Of a stretch of DNA of 64,000 nucleotides, positions 8,437 to 17,867 are shown piece by piece. The translations under genes and the position numbers were made by a program. This stretch comes from Thermoplasmata archaeon (GTDB lineage: Archaea > Thermoplasmatota > Thermoplasmata > Lutacidiplasmatales > UBA184). The stretch spans positions 9,791 to 73,790 of the forward strand of contig JBAWFC010000008.1 of NCBI GenBank assembly GCA_049591535.1, read 5' to 3'. The notes under the pieces were generated by a model. The model was not told the DNA's origin. It saw only the letters and a list, made by a program, of their open reading frames with translations, and did not search any database. The number at the start of each line of letters is the position of its first letter. Position 1 is the stretch's first letter.

Positions 8437-9894
8437 TCAATTCTTGCGCGCGTGGTCGGACGGCCGGTCGACGGGGCCGGAGGCGCGGGGTAGGGGGGGC
8501 CGGCCGAGGAGGAGCAGCTCGCGGACGGCCGTTTCCGCCCGGCCGAGCCGCTCGCGGTACGCCGCCGCGGACCGTGGGCCCGCGCGTCGCACCATCTCGA
8601 CGGCCGCGTCGAACGCGGCTCCCATGCCCACTGCGTCCCCGACGGGGAAGGGCGAGACGCGGACGTCGAGCGCGGTCGCGAGCTCCCCGAGCTGTGGCAG
8701 GTCCGGCGCCACGACAACCAACCCCGCGAGGGCGCCGATGGTCATCACGCCCGAGAGTCCACCGGTGGCGCGATAGGGGAGGACCAGCAGGTCGCTCGCG
8801 AGGAACAGATCGAAGACCCGTTCCTCTGGCACCGGACCGACGAACCGAGTTCGGTCCGATGCAAACTCCCGTCGCGCCGCGTCGAACGTGGCCTGATACT
8901 CCGGGAACGCGGGATTCACCGCGCCGGCAACGGTCACCCGGGTGCCGGGCGAGCCCCGGACGCGCCCTGCGATGGCGCGAAGAAACCCAACGAGGTCCTT
9001 TTGCGGTCCCCAGAAGCCGAAGAACAGGACGCGTACTTCGGCGTTGGGAGCTTCCGACGGCGGGGCGGATTCGTCGGGGTGCGCCTGGGCCGCAGGATAG
9101 ATCCCTTCCATGTACGGCAGCGTGAGCGATTTCACGGCGAGTCCCAGATTTCGCTCGATCGCGATCCGCTGGCTCTCGAGAGGCACGACCGTGGTTACGT
9201 GTCGGATCAGGAACCCCTCCAGAATTCGTGCGAGCCGGACCTCAATCGAGCCCTGAGCGTACCCGAGTCGCTGCACGTCCTGGGTCTCGACCAGATTGTG
9301 GACGTAGGCGAGAGTGGGCTTTCCGGAAAACCGGCGGACGAACACCGGCAGGACCAGCCCCAGCGCGTTCACCAAGGGACGGCGGCCGAACGATGTTACG
9401 TAGATGTTAAAGATGAACAAGTCCGTGTGAGGCGTCGCCCTCAGCATGCGGAGCAGCGTGCCGACCAACGTCCCGAGCCGGTCGTACTCCCACGTGGGAT
9501 GGAGAACCACCCGGGACGAGTCGAATCCGGGCGGAAGTCTCGAGTTCGTGTTGACGAACAGGTCGACGCGGCCGACGTCGGGATCTCGGCTCAGAACCCA
9601 TACCAGAGAGGTCGACACCGAGCCCAACCGCTCCGACCTCGGGTAGAAGCTCGAGAAGAACGCGATCCGGAGCGGCGCCCGCGGGGAGCCGACGGGAGTC
9701 CCGTCTCGAGAGGTCGCTCGCCCCGGACCGCTCTCCTGGTTCAACGACGCACGCACCGCCCCTTCTCGCGCCCGGGCGACCCCGTTTCGCGGCCTCCTCC
9801 CTCTGACGCAGCCGTCCTTTACCTTGCCGGTATTAGATGTCCCGTCGCTTGCGCGACGACGGAGGCGAGGTCGAGCGGGGGGTTGGCACCCCAA
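8437..9894 (-). CDS. GT-B fold (GT4-like) glycosyltransferase, divergent
   Basis: The core starts at LRIAFFSSFYP. The C-terminal half follows the GT4 pattern (VLFFGFWGPQKD..., FVGPVPEERVFDLFLASDLLVLPY...), but the usual E-x7-E acidic residues are not obvious. The first ~75 aa are Arg-rich and probably not translated. An alternative in-frame GTG start lies at 9756. Confidence 0.75.
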   Translation of the reverse strand: MGCQPPARPRLRRRASDGTSNTGKVKDGCVRGRRPRNGVARAREGAVRASLNQESGPGRATSRDGTPVGSPRAPLRIAFFSSFYPRSERLGSVSTSLVWVLSRDPDVGRVDLFVNTNSRLPPGFDSSRVVLHPTWEYDRLGTLVGTLLRMLRATPHTDLFIFNIYVTSFGRRPLVNALGLVLPVFVRRFSGKPTLAYVHNLVETQDVQRLGYAQGSIEVRLARILEGFLIRHVTTVVPLESQRIAIERNLGLAVKSLTLPYMEGIYPAAQAHPDESAPPSEAPNAEVRVLFFGFWGPQKDLVGFLRAIAGRVRGSPGTRVTVAGAVNPAFPEYQATFDAARREFASDRTRFVGPVPEERVFDLFLASDLLVLPYRATGGLSGVMTIGALAGLVVVAPDLPQLGELATALDVRVSPFPVGDAVGMGAAFDAAVEMVRRAGPRSAAAYRERLGRAETAVRELLLLGRPPLPRASGPVDRPSDHARKN

Positions 9895-9935
9895 TCGAGA
9901 CGCCGATCGATGACCCCGGCCCCGTTTTGAGTGGG

Positions 9936-9942
9936 TTTATAA
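9936..9942 (+). promoter_or_regulatory. TATA-like box TTTATAA centred 27 nt upstream of the TTG start at 9966 (leaderless-type promoter)
   Basis: Read directly. It is the only AT-rich heptamer in the 71-bp divergent intergenic region, and its spacing to the start codon matches the archaeal TATA-to-TSS distance. Confidence 0.5.
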
Positions 9943-9965
9943 GCAATGACGTATAGCCGGGACTC

Positions 9966-10793
9966 TTGAAGCCCGGAATCAGCCTGATCGTGCCCGCCTG
10001 GAACGAGGAGGAGCGTATCCCGGCGACGCTCGCCAGATACGTAGAGACTCTCAAGTCGTACGGGGAACCGTACGAGATCATCGTCGTTGTGGACGGGGTG
10101 ACCGACCGGACCGCGGCGATTGCCCGGGGGATGGCGGACCAAGGGGTACGGGTTCTCGAGTACACGGCGCAGCTGGGGAAGGGCGGCGCCGTGGTCAGCG
10201 GACTGGCGGCCGCCCGGTACGACAAGGCCGGGTATTTCGATGCGGACGCGCCGGTCTCTCCGGAGGACATGCATCGACTCATCCGGGCCGTGGAACGGGT
10301 CGATTGCGCGATTGCCTCCCGCCGCATGCGTGGCAGCATCTCGAGCGGTCGTTCCCCCCTGGCTCGACGGTTGTTCCGAGTGTGTTTCAATATCCTCGCC
10401 CGCGTCGTCCTCGACCTGCCCTTCCGGGACACCCAGTGCGGGGCGAAAATGTTCCGGACCGCGGCGGTACGTCCGGTGCTGGGTCGGGTCAAACTTCGTG
10501 GGTGGGCGTTCGACGCCGCGATGCTGTTCGAGCTGCGGCGCCGCGGGGCCTCCTTCGAGCAGATTCCCGTCGCATGGAAGCACGACACCGGCAGCAAGCT
10601 GCCGCTCGCGGAGCAGGTGCCGGTGATGTTCCTTTCGGTGTTCTTCATTCGGATCGTCAATCACCGAGTGATTCATCGGCTGCCTCCGAAGGTCACGTGG
10701 TGGTTTGCGTCGAACTTCATGAAGCGCAGCACGGAGTCGACACAATCGCTGGAGGCGTCCCTTGCCGGACAGCCCCAGCGACCGTTCCCCTGA
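9966..10793 (+). CDS. GT2 dolichyl/polyprenyl-phosphate hexosyltransferase-like (AglD/Dpm1/ALG5-type)
   Basis: ISLIVPAWNEEERI ... VVVDGVTDRT ... YFDADAP (D-x-D) ... RDTQCGAKMF ... WAFDAAMLFEL is the classic Dol-P-sugar-synthase GT2 pattern. A C-terminal hydrophobic helix (VPVMFLSVFFIRIV) follows. The start codon is TTG. Confidence 0.85.
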   Translation: MKPGISLIVPAWNEEERIPATLARYVETLKSYGEPYEIIVVVDGVTDRTAAIARGMADQGVRVLEYTAQLGKGGAVVSGLAAARYDKAGYFDADAPVSPEDMHRLIRAVERVDCAIASRRMRGSISSGRSPLARRLFRVCFNILARVVLDLPFRDTQCGAKMFRTAAVRPVLGRVKLRGWAFDAAMLFELRRRGASFEQIPVAWKHDTGSKLPLAEQVPVMFLSVFFIRIVNHRVIHRLPPKVTWWFASNFMKRSTESTQSLEASLAGQPQRPFP

Positions 10794-11473
10794 GGCGCTT
10801 CCCAGACGACCCACGAGCCGGTGGGTACGAGGTTCCCCGCTCACCGGGGTGTGGTTCCGGTGGACTCGATCCTCAAGATCCGGCGGCTGCCGCCCTGGCT
10901 ACGCGACCCATTTCGATGCCCCGCGCGCGACGGATCGCGGAGTGGGCCGAGGTCGGCGGGAGCCGCAACGGCAGGGCCAAGGGACACCGATCGACTCGCG
11001 ACGGAGATCGGGGGAGGCTCACGGACGCTCCGCTCCGGCGACCGTCTCGGTGGGTCGTTTCTGTGCCGGAGGAGCTCGAGGGGGCTGGGGTGCGGTTCCC
11101 CGAATCGGCGCGGGTCGAGCCCCCGTCACAAACCCTAAGTACCCGACCCGAGACATTTCTACCGTACGGCGTACGACGAGCCGCCCCGGAGTACACGTCG
11201 TGGCCGTTCCTATCAAGTTCGTCCGGAGAGACCGCATGGGACCGTCCGCTTCGCTGCAGCAGCCACCGCCCGGGGTGAGAACAGTCGGCCGGCGACGGGA
11301 GTGCCCTCCCCCCGCGATGGCTCCCCCCGACCGAACAGCGCGGAACGATCCGATGGGGGCGCGCCCTGCGGTCCGCGGTCCGGCGCGTTCGCACGGACCG
11401 CCCCGACCTCCCTCCGCCGCGCGGGGCGCGAGAGGCCCCGACCACGGCTCGCGCGAGACGCTACCCCGCCGCG

Positions 11474-13012
11474 ATGGGGCGTAGGATGACCGCAGGAGGA
11501 TCCGCGATCGGGAACTCCCCGGCCTCGCACCGGCACCCGAACGTCGTCGTCGTGGTACTGGATTGTATGCGTTCGATCGACTTTGCCGGCGGCTCCGACC
11601 CGGTGCCCGGCCTTCCGGCCTCGGAGAAGCTCCGGACGGAGTCCATGATATTTCCTCAGGCCGTCGCGCCCAGCCCGTGGACGATCCCGTCCCACGCAAG
11701 CCTCTTTACCGGGCTCTACCCCTGGGAACACCGAACGCACTATCGGGCAAGCCTGCTCATGGACCCCTCGGTGCCCACGTTGGCGGGCGCCTTTTCGGAT
11801 GCCGGCTATTCGTCCATCGCACTCTCGGCAAACGGCTTCGTCAGCCCGGACTTCCGCCTCACCAACGGGTTCGAAGCGGTCGGATGGGGAGACTGGTGGG
11901 AGCGCTACTTCCGCGTGCCGACGCGGACGCTGCCTCCCCGGGCGGAGCGGCTAGCTCCCACCCAACGGCTCCCGAGTGGCGCCCTGTGGCGGTCAATGAC
12001 GACGCGGGTGTCCTACACCCATCGCCTACCAGGCGCGTGGGACCTCTTGAACCGGGTTGCCCATCAGGTCCGCTGGCGGGGCGACCCACGGGCCCTGGCC
12101 GTCTCGCCGTGGATCGAGCCGACCCTGGACCGGTGGCTGACCGGTAAGCCCGTCGAGACGCCGGTCTTCTGCTTCGTGAACTACATGGAGACGCACGAGC
12201 CGTACCTCACCGACCCGGCGGTGGTCTCTCGCCTCGCGGCCTGGCTCCCGTACGCGGGCCAGCGCATCGACCGCACGAGCATCCTGACCGGAGACTGGAA
12301 GGCCAGCGCCGAGGACTTCCGGAGAATACGCGAGCTCTACCGCCAGTCCGTGCGACTGGCCGACCAGCGCCTCGGAGCCCTCATCGACGTGCTGAAGCGT
12401 ACGAATCGATGGGACAACACGGTGCTTGTGATCGTCGGCGACCACGGACAGGCGATCGGAGAGCATGGATTCCTCTTCCACGGGATCCAGCCGTGGGAGT
12501 CGATTCTGAGGGTTCCCCTCTGGTATCGCCGCCCGGACGGCCGGTTCGCCGGGACGATCGGTCAAGGGACCGCGAGCCTGGTCGATGTCGCCCCGACGGT
12601 CCTGGCGGACGCCGGGCTCGCTCCTGCGAGGGTCCAGTCCGGTGTACACCTCGGATCGCTCGCGGAGTCGCGCCGTGAGGGACCCGCCTACTCCGTGAGC
12701 GACGGGGTCCATCGGACCTCGATCGTCGGCGGCCAGGAGCGCTCCGAGGGGGTGATCCGCCTGGACCGCGTGTGGGTGACGGCCTTTCAGGGAGACCTGA
12801 AGATCGTCTGGGACTGCGGTCTCGGTCGAGCGACCGCCTACGACCTCCGGCGGGACCCGGGCGAGACGCTCGACGTGTTCGACGAGGGGTCGCCCGACAT
12901 GCTCCGACTCGCGTCCGAGGCCCGCCACCGAGCGGAACTGATGCAGAGCTCGGAGGCCGTGACGGAGTCGGTCGAGGTCGACGAGCGACTGCGATCGTGG
13001 GGATACACGTGA
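11474..13012 (+). CDS. Sulfatase-fold enzyme, paralogue 2, Thr nucleophile position; cytoplasmic
   Basis: NVVVVVLDCMRS, W-T-I-P-S-H-ASLFTGLYPWEH (Thr codon 11681-11683), IVGDHGQAIGEHG, and C-terminus ...DERLRSWGYT. It clearly aligns with 6773..8290. Confidence 0.85.
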   Translation: MGRRMTAGGSAIGNSPASHRHPNVVVVVLDCMRSIDFAGGSDPVPGLPASEKLRTESMIFPQAVAPSPWTIPSHASLFTGLYPWEHRTHYRASLLMDPSVPTLAGAFSDAGYSSIALSANGFVSPDFRLTNGFEAVGWGDWWERYFRVPTRTLPPRAERLAPTQRLPSGALWRSMTTRVSYTHRLPGAWDLLNRVAHQVRWRGDPRALAVSPWIEPTLDRWLTGKPVETPVFCFVNYMETHEPYLTDPAVVSRLAAWLPYAGQRIDRTSILTGDWKASAEDFRRIRELYRQSVRLADQRLGALIDVLKRTNRWDNTVLVIVGDHGQAIGEHGFLFHGIQPWESILRVPLWYRRPDGRFAGTIGQGTASLVDVAPTVLADAGLAPARVQSGVHLGSLAESRREGPAYSVSDGVHRTSIVGGQERSEGVIRLDRVWVTAFQGDLKIVWDCGLGRATAYDLRRDPGETLDVFDEGSPDMLRLASEARHRAELMQSSEAVTESVEVDERLRSWGYT

Positions 13013-13182
13013 GCGCCCCGCATCGGTACTGAGTCACAGTTCACCGGGGCACCGGCGGGCAAGCATCCCCGCGTCGCGAGCGCCGGCGAGACCGCGACGA
13101 CCCCCAGCTCGGAGACCGACGGGCGGGCGAGGGAGACTCCCGCCGCGCGGGCCCCCAGACGCAGCGATCGCGGTCGAGCCGC

Positions 13183-14754
13183 TTACCCGGTGAATTCCCC
13201 CGGTTGGCCGAACCGGCGAAGGAACTTCTCCACCCCGGGAAGCTGCCGGCCGAGGACCCGCTCCGCCATTCGGACGGCGACCAGGTCTCCTTCGAGCACG
13301 CTTCGCGTGACGAGGATCGCGGCGAGGAAGACCAGGACGCCGACGATGTACATCGGGAACACGATCCACGCCGGAAAGTGGTACAGGCTCACGACGACGA
13401 ACAGGGGTATACCGGCGGCCAGCGAAAGGGCGAGCGGGAACACGAAGCTTCGGTGCAGGGGCCCAATCCGATGCGACCGGTGGAGCGCCAGGGCGCCCGC
13501 CGCAGGATACGCGATGCGTGCGATCGACCACGCGATCGCCGCGCCGATCAGGCCGTAGGTCGGAATGAGCGCGAAACTGAGGACGACGTTCGAGATCGCC
13601 GACACCGCGGTCGCGAAGAGGAGCGGTCGGGTCATCGCCATCCCCGCGAGCGCCGCGTTCACCGGGCCGAAGGCGACCGAGACCAGCGCGCACCCCGAGA
13701 CGATCGTCAGCGCCTCGGCGCCCGGAATGTAGGCACGTCCGAAGATCGCGCCGATCGACTCCCGGGGGAGCAGACCGAAGACCAGGAACATCGGGACCGT
13801 GAACACGAGCACCCACCGCCCGGCCGTCACGTACGCAGTGCGGATGCCGGCGAAGTCCTTGCTACCGGTCAGTCGGGCGGCGACGGGCATGAAGATGAAC
13901 GTCACTGACCCCGCCGCGATCAGGATCAGTCGACCGATGGTCATGATCGCCGAGTAGATCCCCACCTGGGCCTCGGGGCGGAACGCCCCCAGGATCAGCG
14001 TGTCCGCGTAGCCCGTCACGTAGGCGAGGGTCGTCACGCCCCAGAGCGACAACGAGAGCAGCCAGAGTCCGCTCGGAAGGTCCCTCGCCCGCGGGGCCGG
14101 GGGCACGTGTCGCTCAAAGCGCGCCCAGGCGTAGATGACGAGGGCCCCAAAGGCCACGAAGTTCGACGCCACCCAGGCGATCAGGGCGGCGGTCAGTTCG
14201 AGGTGGAAGTAGAACAGGATGAACACGAAGACCAGGAATGCCGCGGGCTGAAGGCCCTGGTTCAGGATCGCGTAGGGGACGGTGTCCTCGAACCCTTGGA
14301 AAATGGACGCGATGAACGTGCAGAGCAGCGAGAGTCCGATCGTCACGGAGAACATCTGGAAGACGACGATCAGGGTCGCCGGATCCGTCGGGGTGAAAAG
14401 CTCCGCCAGCGGCTGGGCGAGCAGATAGACCGAAAGCGACGTAACCACCGCGGCGGCCCCCGTTACCCATGCGGTCCAGGCGACGAGTCGCCGACGCACG
14501 GCGGGGTCCGGGTTCTCCGCGAGAGTTCGGGCGACCGCCTGGTGCAACCCCAGCAACGCGACGAGCGAAAGGAGCCCGGCGAACGACAGTCCGAGGTTGA
14601 AATCCCCGAACGCCGTGAGGGAGAGCCGCCGGGCGATCGCCACGCGGCTGATGAAGTTGAGCAGCAGCAGCAGGAAGGTCCCGACGACCATCGTCGCCGT
14701 TCCCCGGCCCAGGGAATCGATGGCCGAGCGACCCGCCTTAGAACTCCCTGCCAC
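13183..14754 (-). CDS. MOP-superfamily polysaccharide/oligosaccharide flippase (Wzx/RfbX/AglR-like)
   Basis: The protein is 523 aa and hydrophobic throughout (about 14 TM segments). Its N-terminus ...GRGTATMVVGTFLLLLLNFISRVAIARRLSLTAFGDFNL is typical of polysaccharide-biosynthesis (Polysacc_synt) flippases. Confidence 0.8.
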   Translation of the reverse strand: MAGSSKAGRSAIDSLGRGTATMVVGTFLLLLLNFISRVAIARRLSLTAFGDFNLGLSFAGLLSLVALLGLHQAVARTLAENPDPAVRRRLVAWTAWVTGAAAVVTSLSVYLLAQPLAELFTPTDPATLIVVFQMFSVTIGLSLLCTFIASIFQGFEDTVPYAILNQGLQPAAFLVFVFILFYFHLELTAALIAWVASNFVAFGALVIYAWARFERHVPPAPRARDLPSGLWLLSLSLWGVTTLAYVTGYADTLILGAFRPEAQVGIYSAIMTIGRLILIAAGSVTFIFMPVAARLTGSKDFAGIRTAYVTAGRWVLVFTVPMFLVFGLLPRESIGAIFGRAYIPGAEALTIVSGCALVSVAFGPVNAALAGMAMTRPLLFATAVSAISNVVLSFALIPTYGLIGAAIAWSIARIAYPAAGALALHRSHRIGPLHRSFVFPLALSLAAGIPLFVVVSLYHFPAWIVFPMYIVGVLVFLAAILVTRSVLEGDLVAVRMAERVLGRQLPGVEKFLRRFGQPGEFTG

Positions 14755-14949
14755 CTAGGAAACTCCCATCCGGGGCTGGCCAGATCTCGGATAATACGGT
14801 TGTGGAGACTTCGTCCTCCGGAGGGGCCCCGCCCGGGAGTTCGGGCCCGGGTCGACCGCCGGCGAGAGCGCGTCCGGCCGGGGAATGGGTCGGATGCTCT
14901 CCGAGTGGACGCGCCGCATCGTTCCTCCTCGTAGTGCCCAGCCGACGCG

Positions 14950-16854
14950 TCATCCGGCGAGCGGTGCGGGCGCCTCCGCCGAGGGATCGGGTTCGGGGGT
15001 CGCAGTCGTCGTGGGACCTGCGGTCGCGGTCGATGGCCGATCCGACCCGGCGGGAGGCCGTCGGTGCACCCACCAATACAGCGCGACCACCGCGATGACC
15101 AGCGCCGCGGCTCCGACCAACGCGTATTTGATGAGCTTCGAGAAGGGCCCCGTCCCTTTCGCGGGGGCCGTCGCGGGCGGACCGGCGGTCACGCTTACCG
15201 TCTCCCGTGACACGGTGACGTTTCCGGCAGCGTCGGTCACGTTCACGAAGACGGAATAGTTTCCGGCGCGCTCGAAGACGTGGGCGGGGTCGGAAACTGC
15301 CGCCGTACCGCCGTCCCCGAACTGCCAGACATAGGTGTAGGGTGGGAGCCCGCCGGTGGCGGTGACGTCGAACATCTCGTCGAGGGGAGTAGGTCCGGTA
15401 GGTTCCGAGTCGGACGCAGTGGCGTTGAGCGCGACGTCAAAGGCGTACAGCGTACCGTCCGAGGAGCCCGCATATACTTCCCCTCTCGCGACCGACGGAG
15501 GCACGTCGAAATCGCCCGTGGCGTTGAACTGGTGGTCCAGCGACCCGTTCTGCCCGTTCAGAAACAGCAGGGAACTTCCGTCGGGAACGACGACGACCCC
15601 GTTGACCCACAGTGGGGCTGCGCGCGCGCCGGGCGTCGTGCCGCGGAGGTCCACGCTCCATCGGGTGGTACCGTTGCTGGGGTAAAGGTCCCGGATCGAG
15701 GAGTTCTCGACGGTCCCGTTCACAAAGGACCCCGGGATGATCACGTAGAGTTGTCCCCCTCCCCAGGCCGCCGACATATCGTCCGCGTTGTTCGTCGAGC
15801 AACAGATGGCCTGCGACCACGCCAACGAAAAGTTCGACTGGTAGAGCGCGTAGATCGTCCCGTTCTGGTCCGCAGCAACCACCATCGCGTTCGCCCCGTT
15901 CGATGCGATGAGCGTCGGAGTTCCTCCAAAGCCGCCGTCGGCGATCGCCGCCGGGGAGGGGATCTGCCAGCCGTGGACCAGGGCGAGCGTCGTCGCGTTG
16001 AGCTCGATCACGGCGTCACTGTAGACTGAGGTGTTATTGCCGTACCGATTGCCGGTGGTGAGGAAGAGGGCGTTGGTGGCGGGATTCAGCGCCGGCGACC
16101 CCATGACGCTGGATCCGTTCTGGTCCGGAGCGCTCGTGTCGAACGAGCCGACCTCGGCGTGCGTTTTCGTTGAGAATGCGGCGAGCCCAGAGAGGACCGC
16201 GGGCCGACCGCATTCGCTGGCGATCCCGACGTACACTTCGCCATTGTACAGCAGCGGGCTCGACCAGTCGTAGAATCCCTCGGCGGGCGTACCGCCGAGG
16301 GTCGCATTCCAGAGCAGGTCCCCGGAGGCGTTCAGTGCAACGAGACCGTAACCGGGACCGGAAACGTAGATCTTCGATCCCGAGGTCGTCGCGGTCGAGC
16401 TCACGCCGAGTGCGCCCCCGCCGCACGCCGGGTCGCTCGAATCCTGTCCCAGAGGGGCGTGCCACTCCGTCTTCCCACTGAGCGTGTTCAGGGCGTACTC
16501 GTTTCCGTTCTGGGCGCCGAAGAACACGCTGTCGTTCTGCGTCACCGCCTCGGACGTGATCGGGCTCCCCACCGCGGTCTCCCACAGAAGGTGGACCGAG
16601 CTCGCGTTGGACTGGTTGAGGATCTCCTCCTGGGTGACCGACCCCGTCCGCTGGATCGACCCGAGGTACGTGGCGAAATTGCTTCCCGGTGGGATCGGGA
16701 CCGGCTCCGACGCCGCCAGAATCCCGTCCCGCGCCGTCGGTGTCGAAGCGAGTCCGCGGACCGCGGAGAGGCAGAGCAGGGTCACGACCAGGAGGGTCGG
16801 CATCAGGCCGGGGGCGAAGCCGGCGACCTGCCTCCATCGGCGACGCGAACTCAC
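14950..16854 (-). CDS. Secreted PQQ-like beta-propeller protein with PKD domain and C-terminal TM anchor
   Basis: It has a signal/anchor (LLVVTLLCLSAVRGLAS) and repeated propeller blades ending in ...YALN / ...IYALY / ...LYAFD. A PKD module follows (FDVTATGGLPPYTYVWQFGDGG...NYSVFVNVTDAAGN). The C-terminal TM is ALVGAAALVIAVVALYWWVHRR. Confidence 0.8.
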   Translation of the reverse strand: MSSRRRWRQVAGFAPGLMPTLLVVTLLCLSAVRGLASTPTARDGILAASEPVPIPPGSNFATYLGSIQRTGSVTQEEILNQSNASSVHLLWETAVGSPITSEAVTQNDSVFFGAQNGNEYALNTLSGKTEWHAPLGQDSSDPACGGGALGVSSTATTSGSKIYVSGPGYGLVALNASGDLLWNATLGGTPAEGFYDWSSPLLYNGEVYVGIASECGRPAVLSGLAAFSTKTHAEVGSFDTSAPDQNGSSVMGSPALNPATNALFLTTGNRYGNNTSVYSDAVIELNATTLALVHGWQIPSPAAIADGGFGGTPTLIASNGANAMVVAADQNGTIYALYQSNFSLAWSQAICCSTNNADDMSAAWGGGQLYVIIPGSFVNGTVENSSIRDLYPSNGTTRWSVDLRGTTPGARAAPLWVNGVVVVPDGSSLLFLNGQNGSLDHQFNATGDFDVPPSVARGEVYAGSSDGTLYAFDVALNATASDSEPTGPTPLDEMFDVTATGGLPPYTYVWQFGDGGTAAVSDPAHVFERAGNYSVFVNVTDAAGNVTVSRETVSVTAGPPATAPAKGTGPFSKLIKYALVGAAALVIAVVALYWWVHRRPPAGSDRPSTATAGPTTTATPEPDPSAEAPAPLAG

Positions 16855-17110
16855 AGATCTTCCCTGCCGCCGGTTCTCGTGAATTACGGGCCGCCCACCA
16901 CCTCGCGTCCGGGGTATAAGCCTTCGGTTCCTCTCCGTCGGGTGGATACGTACTTATGCGCGTTCGGAGCCGCCCGGACGGCCCCTCGGCACCGGGCCCG
17001 GAGCCGCGGACGCCGTCGGGTCCGGGGTCCGACTTCGAGACCGGACCCCACCACTACTGCTTCGCCGGGCGGCCCCAGCGTGCGGGCGATCGCTACGAGT
17101 CTCCGCCCGG

Positions 17111-17863
17111 CTATCCGAATCGGCCGGTGACGTAGTTCTCGGTGAGCTTCTCCTTCGGCGAATGAAAGATCGTGGTCGTGGTCCCCGATTCCACGAGCTT
17201 GCCCAGGTAGAAGAACGCGGTCGAGTCGGCCACGCGCACCGCCTGGGCAAGGTTGTGGGTGACGATCACCACGGTGTATCGTGCCTTCAAGTCGCGGATC
17301 AGGGCCTCGATCTTGTTCGTGGCGATAGGGTCGAGGGCGGAGCACGGTTCGTCCATCAGGAGGACCTCCGGTTTCACGGCAAGAGCGCGCGCGATGCATA
17401 GCCGCTGTTGTTGACCCCCGGAGAGACTCGTCCCGGGGGCGTCGACGTTGTCCTGGACCTCCTCCCACAGTCCCACGAGCTGCAGCGCCTCCACGATCCC
17501 GGCGTCCAATTCCTCCCGCCGGCGAATGCCCAGGAGGCGGAGTCCTGCGGCGACGTTGTCGTAGATGGACATGTTGGGGAATGGAGTCGGGCGCTGGAAG
17601 ACCATCCCGACGCGGAACCGGACCGCCACCACGTCCTGGGTACGGAGATCCTCCCCGTCCAGGTACACCCCTCCGGTGACCCGGGCTCGCGGCGTCTCCT
17701 CGTGCAGCCGGTTCAGGCAACGCAGAAATGTGGACTTGCCGCATCCCGAGGGTCCGATGATCGCGGTCACCTCGTTATCGGAGATATCGAGCGAAATGTC
17801 GTACAGCGCCTGCCGGCGTCCGTACCAGGCGCTCAGCTCCTCCGTACGCACCTTCACCGCCAT
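17111..17863 (-). CDS. pstB: Phosphate ABC transporter ATP-binding protein PstB
   Basis: Walker [13 protein letters not shown] signature [15 protein letters not shown] and Walker B LLMDEP are present. The PstB-typical C-terminus TGRFG and its position after the pst permease gene also fit. Confidence 0.95.
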   Translation of the reverse strand: MAVKVRTEELSAWYGRRQALYDISLDISDNEVTAIIGPSGCGKSTFLRCLNRLHEETPRARVTGGVYLDGEDLRTQDVVAVRFRVGMVFQRPTPFPNMSIYDNVAAGLRLLGIRRREELDAGIVEALQLVGLWEEVQDNVDAPGTSLSGGQQQRLCIARALAVKPEVLLMDEPCSALDPIATNKIEALIRDLKARYTVVIVTHNLAQAVRVADSTAFFYLGKLVESGTTTTIFHSPKEKLTENYVTGRFG

Positions 17864-17867
17864 GGCG

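Noticed and set aside
7236-8776. 325-aa (-) and 491-aa (+) ORFs overlapping the first sulfatase-fold gene
   Set aside because: They are low-complexity shadow frames. The 6773..8290 frame carries the full sulfatase-family motif set.
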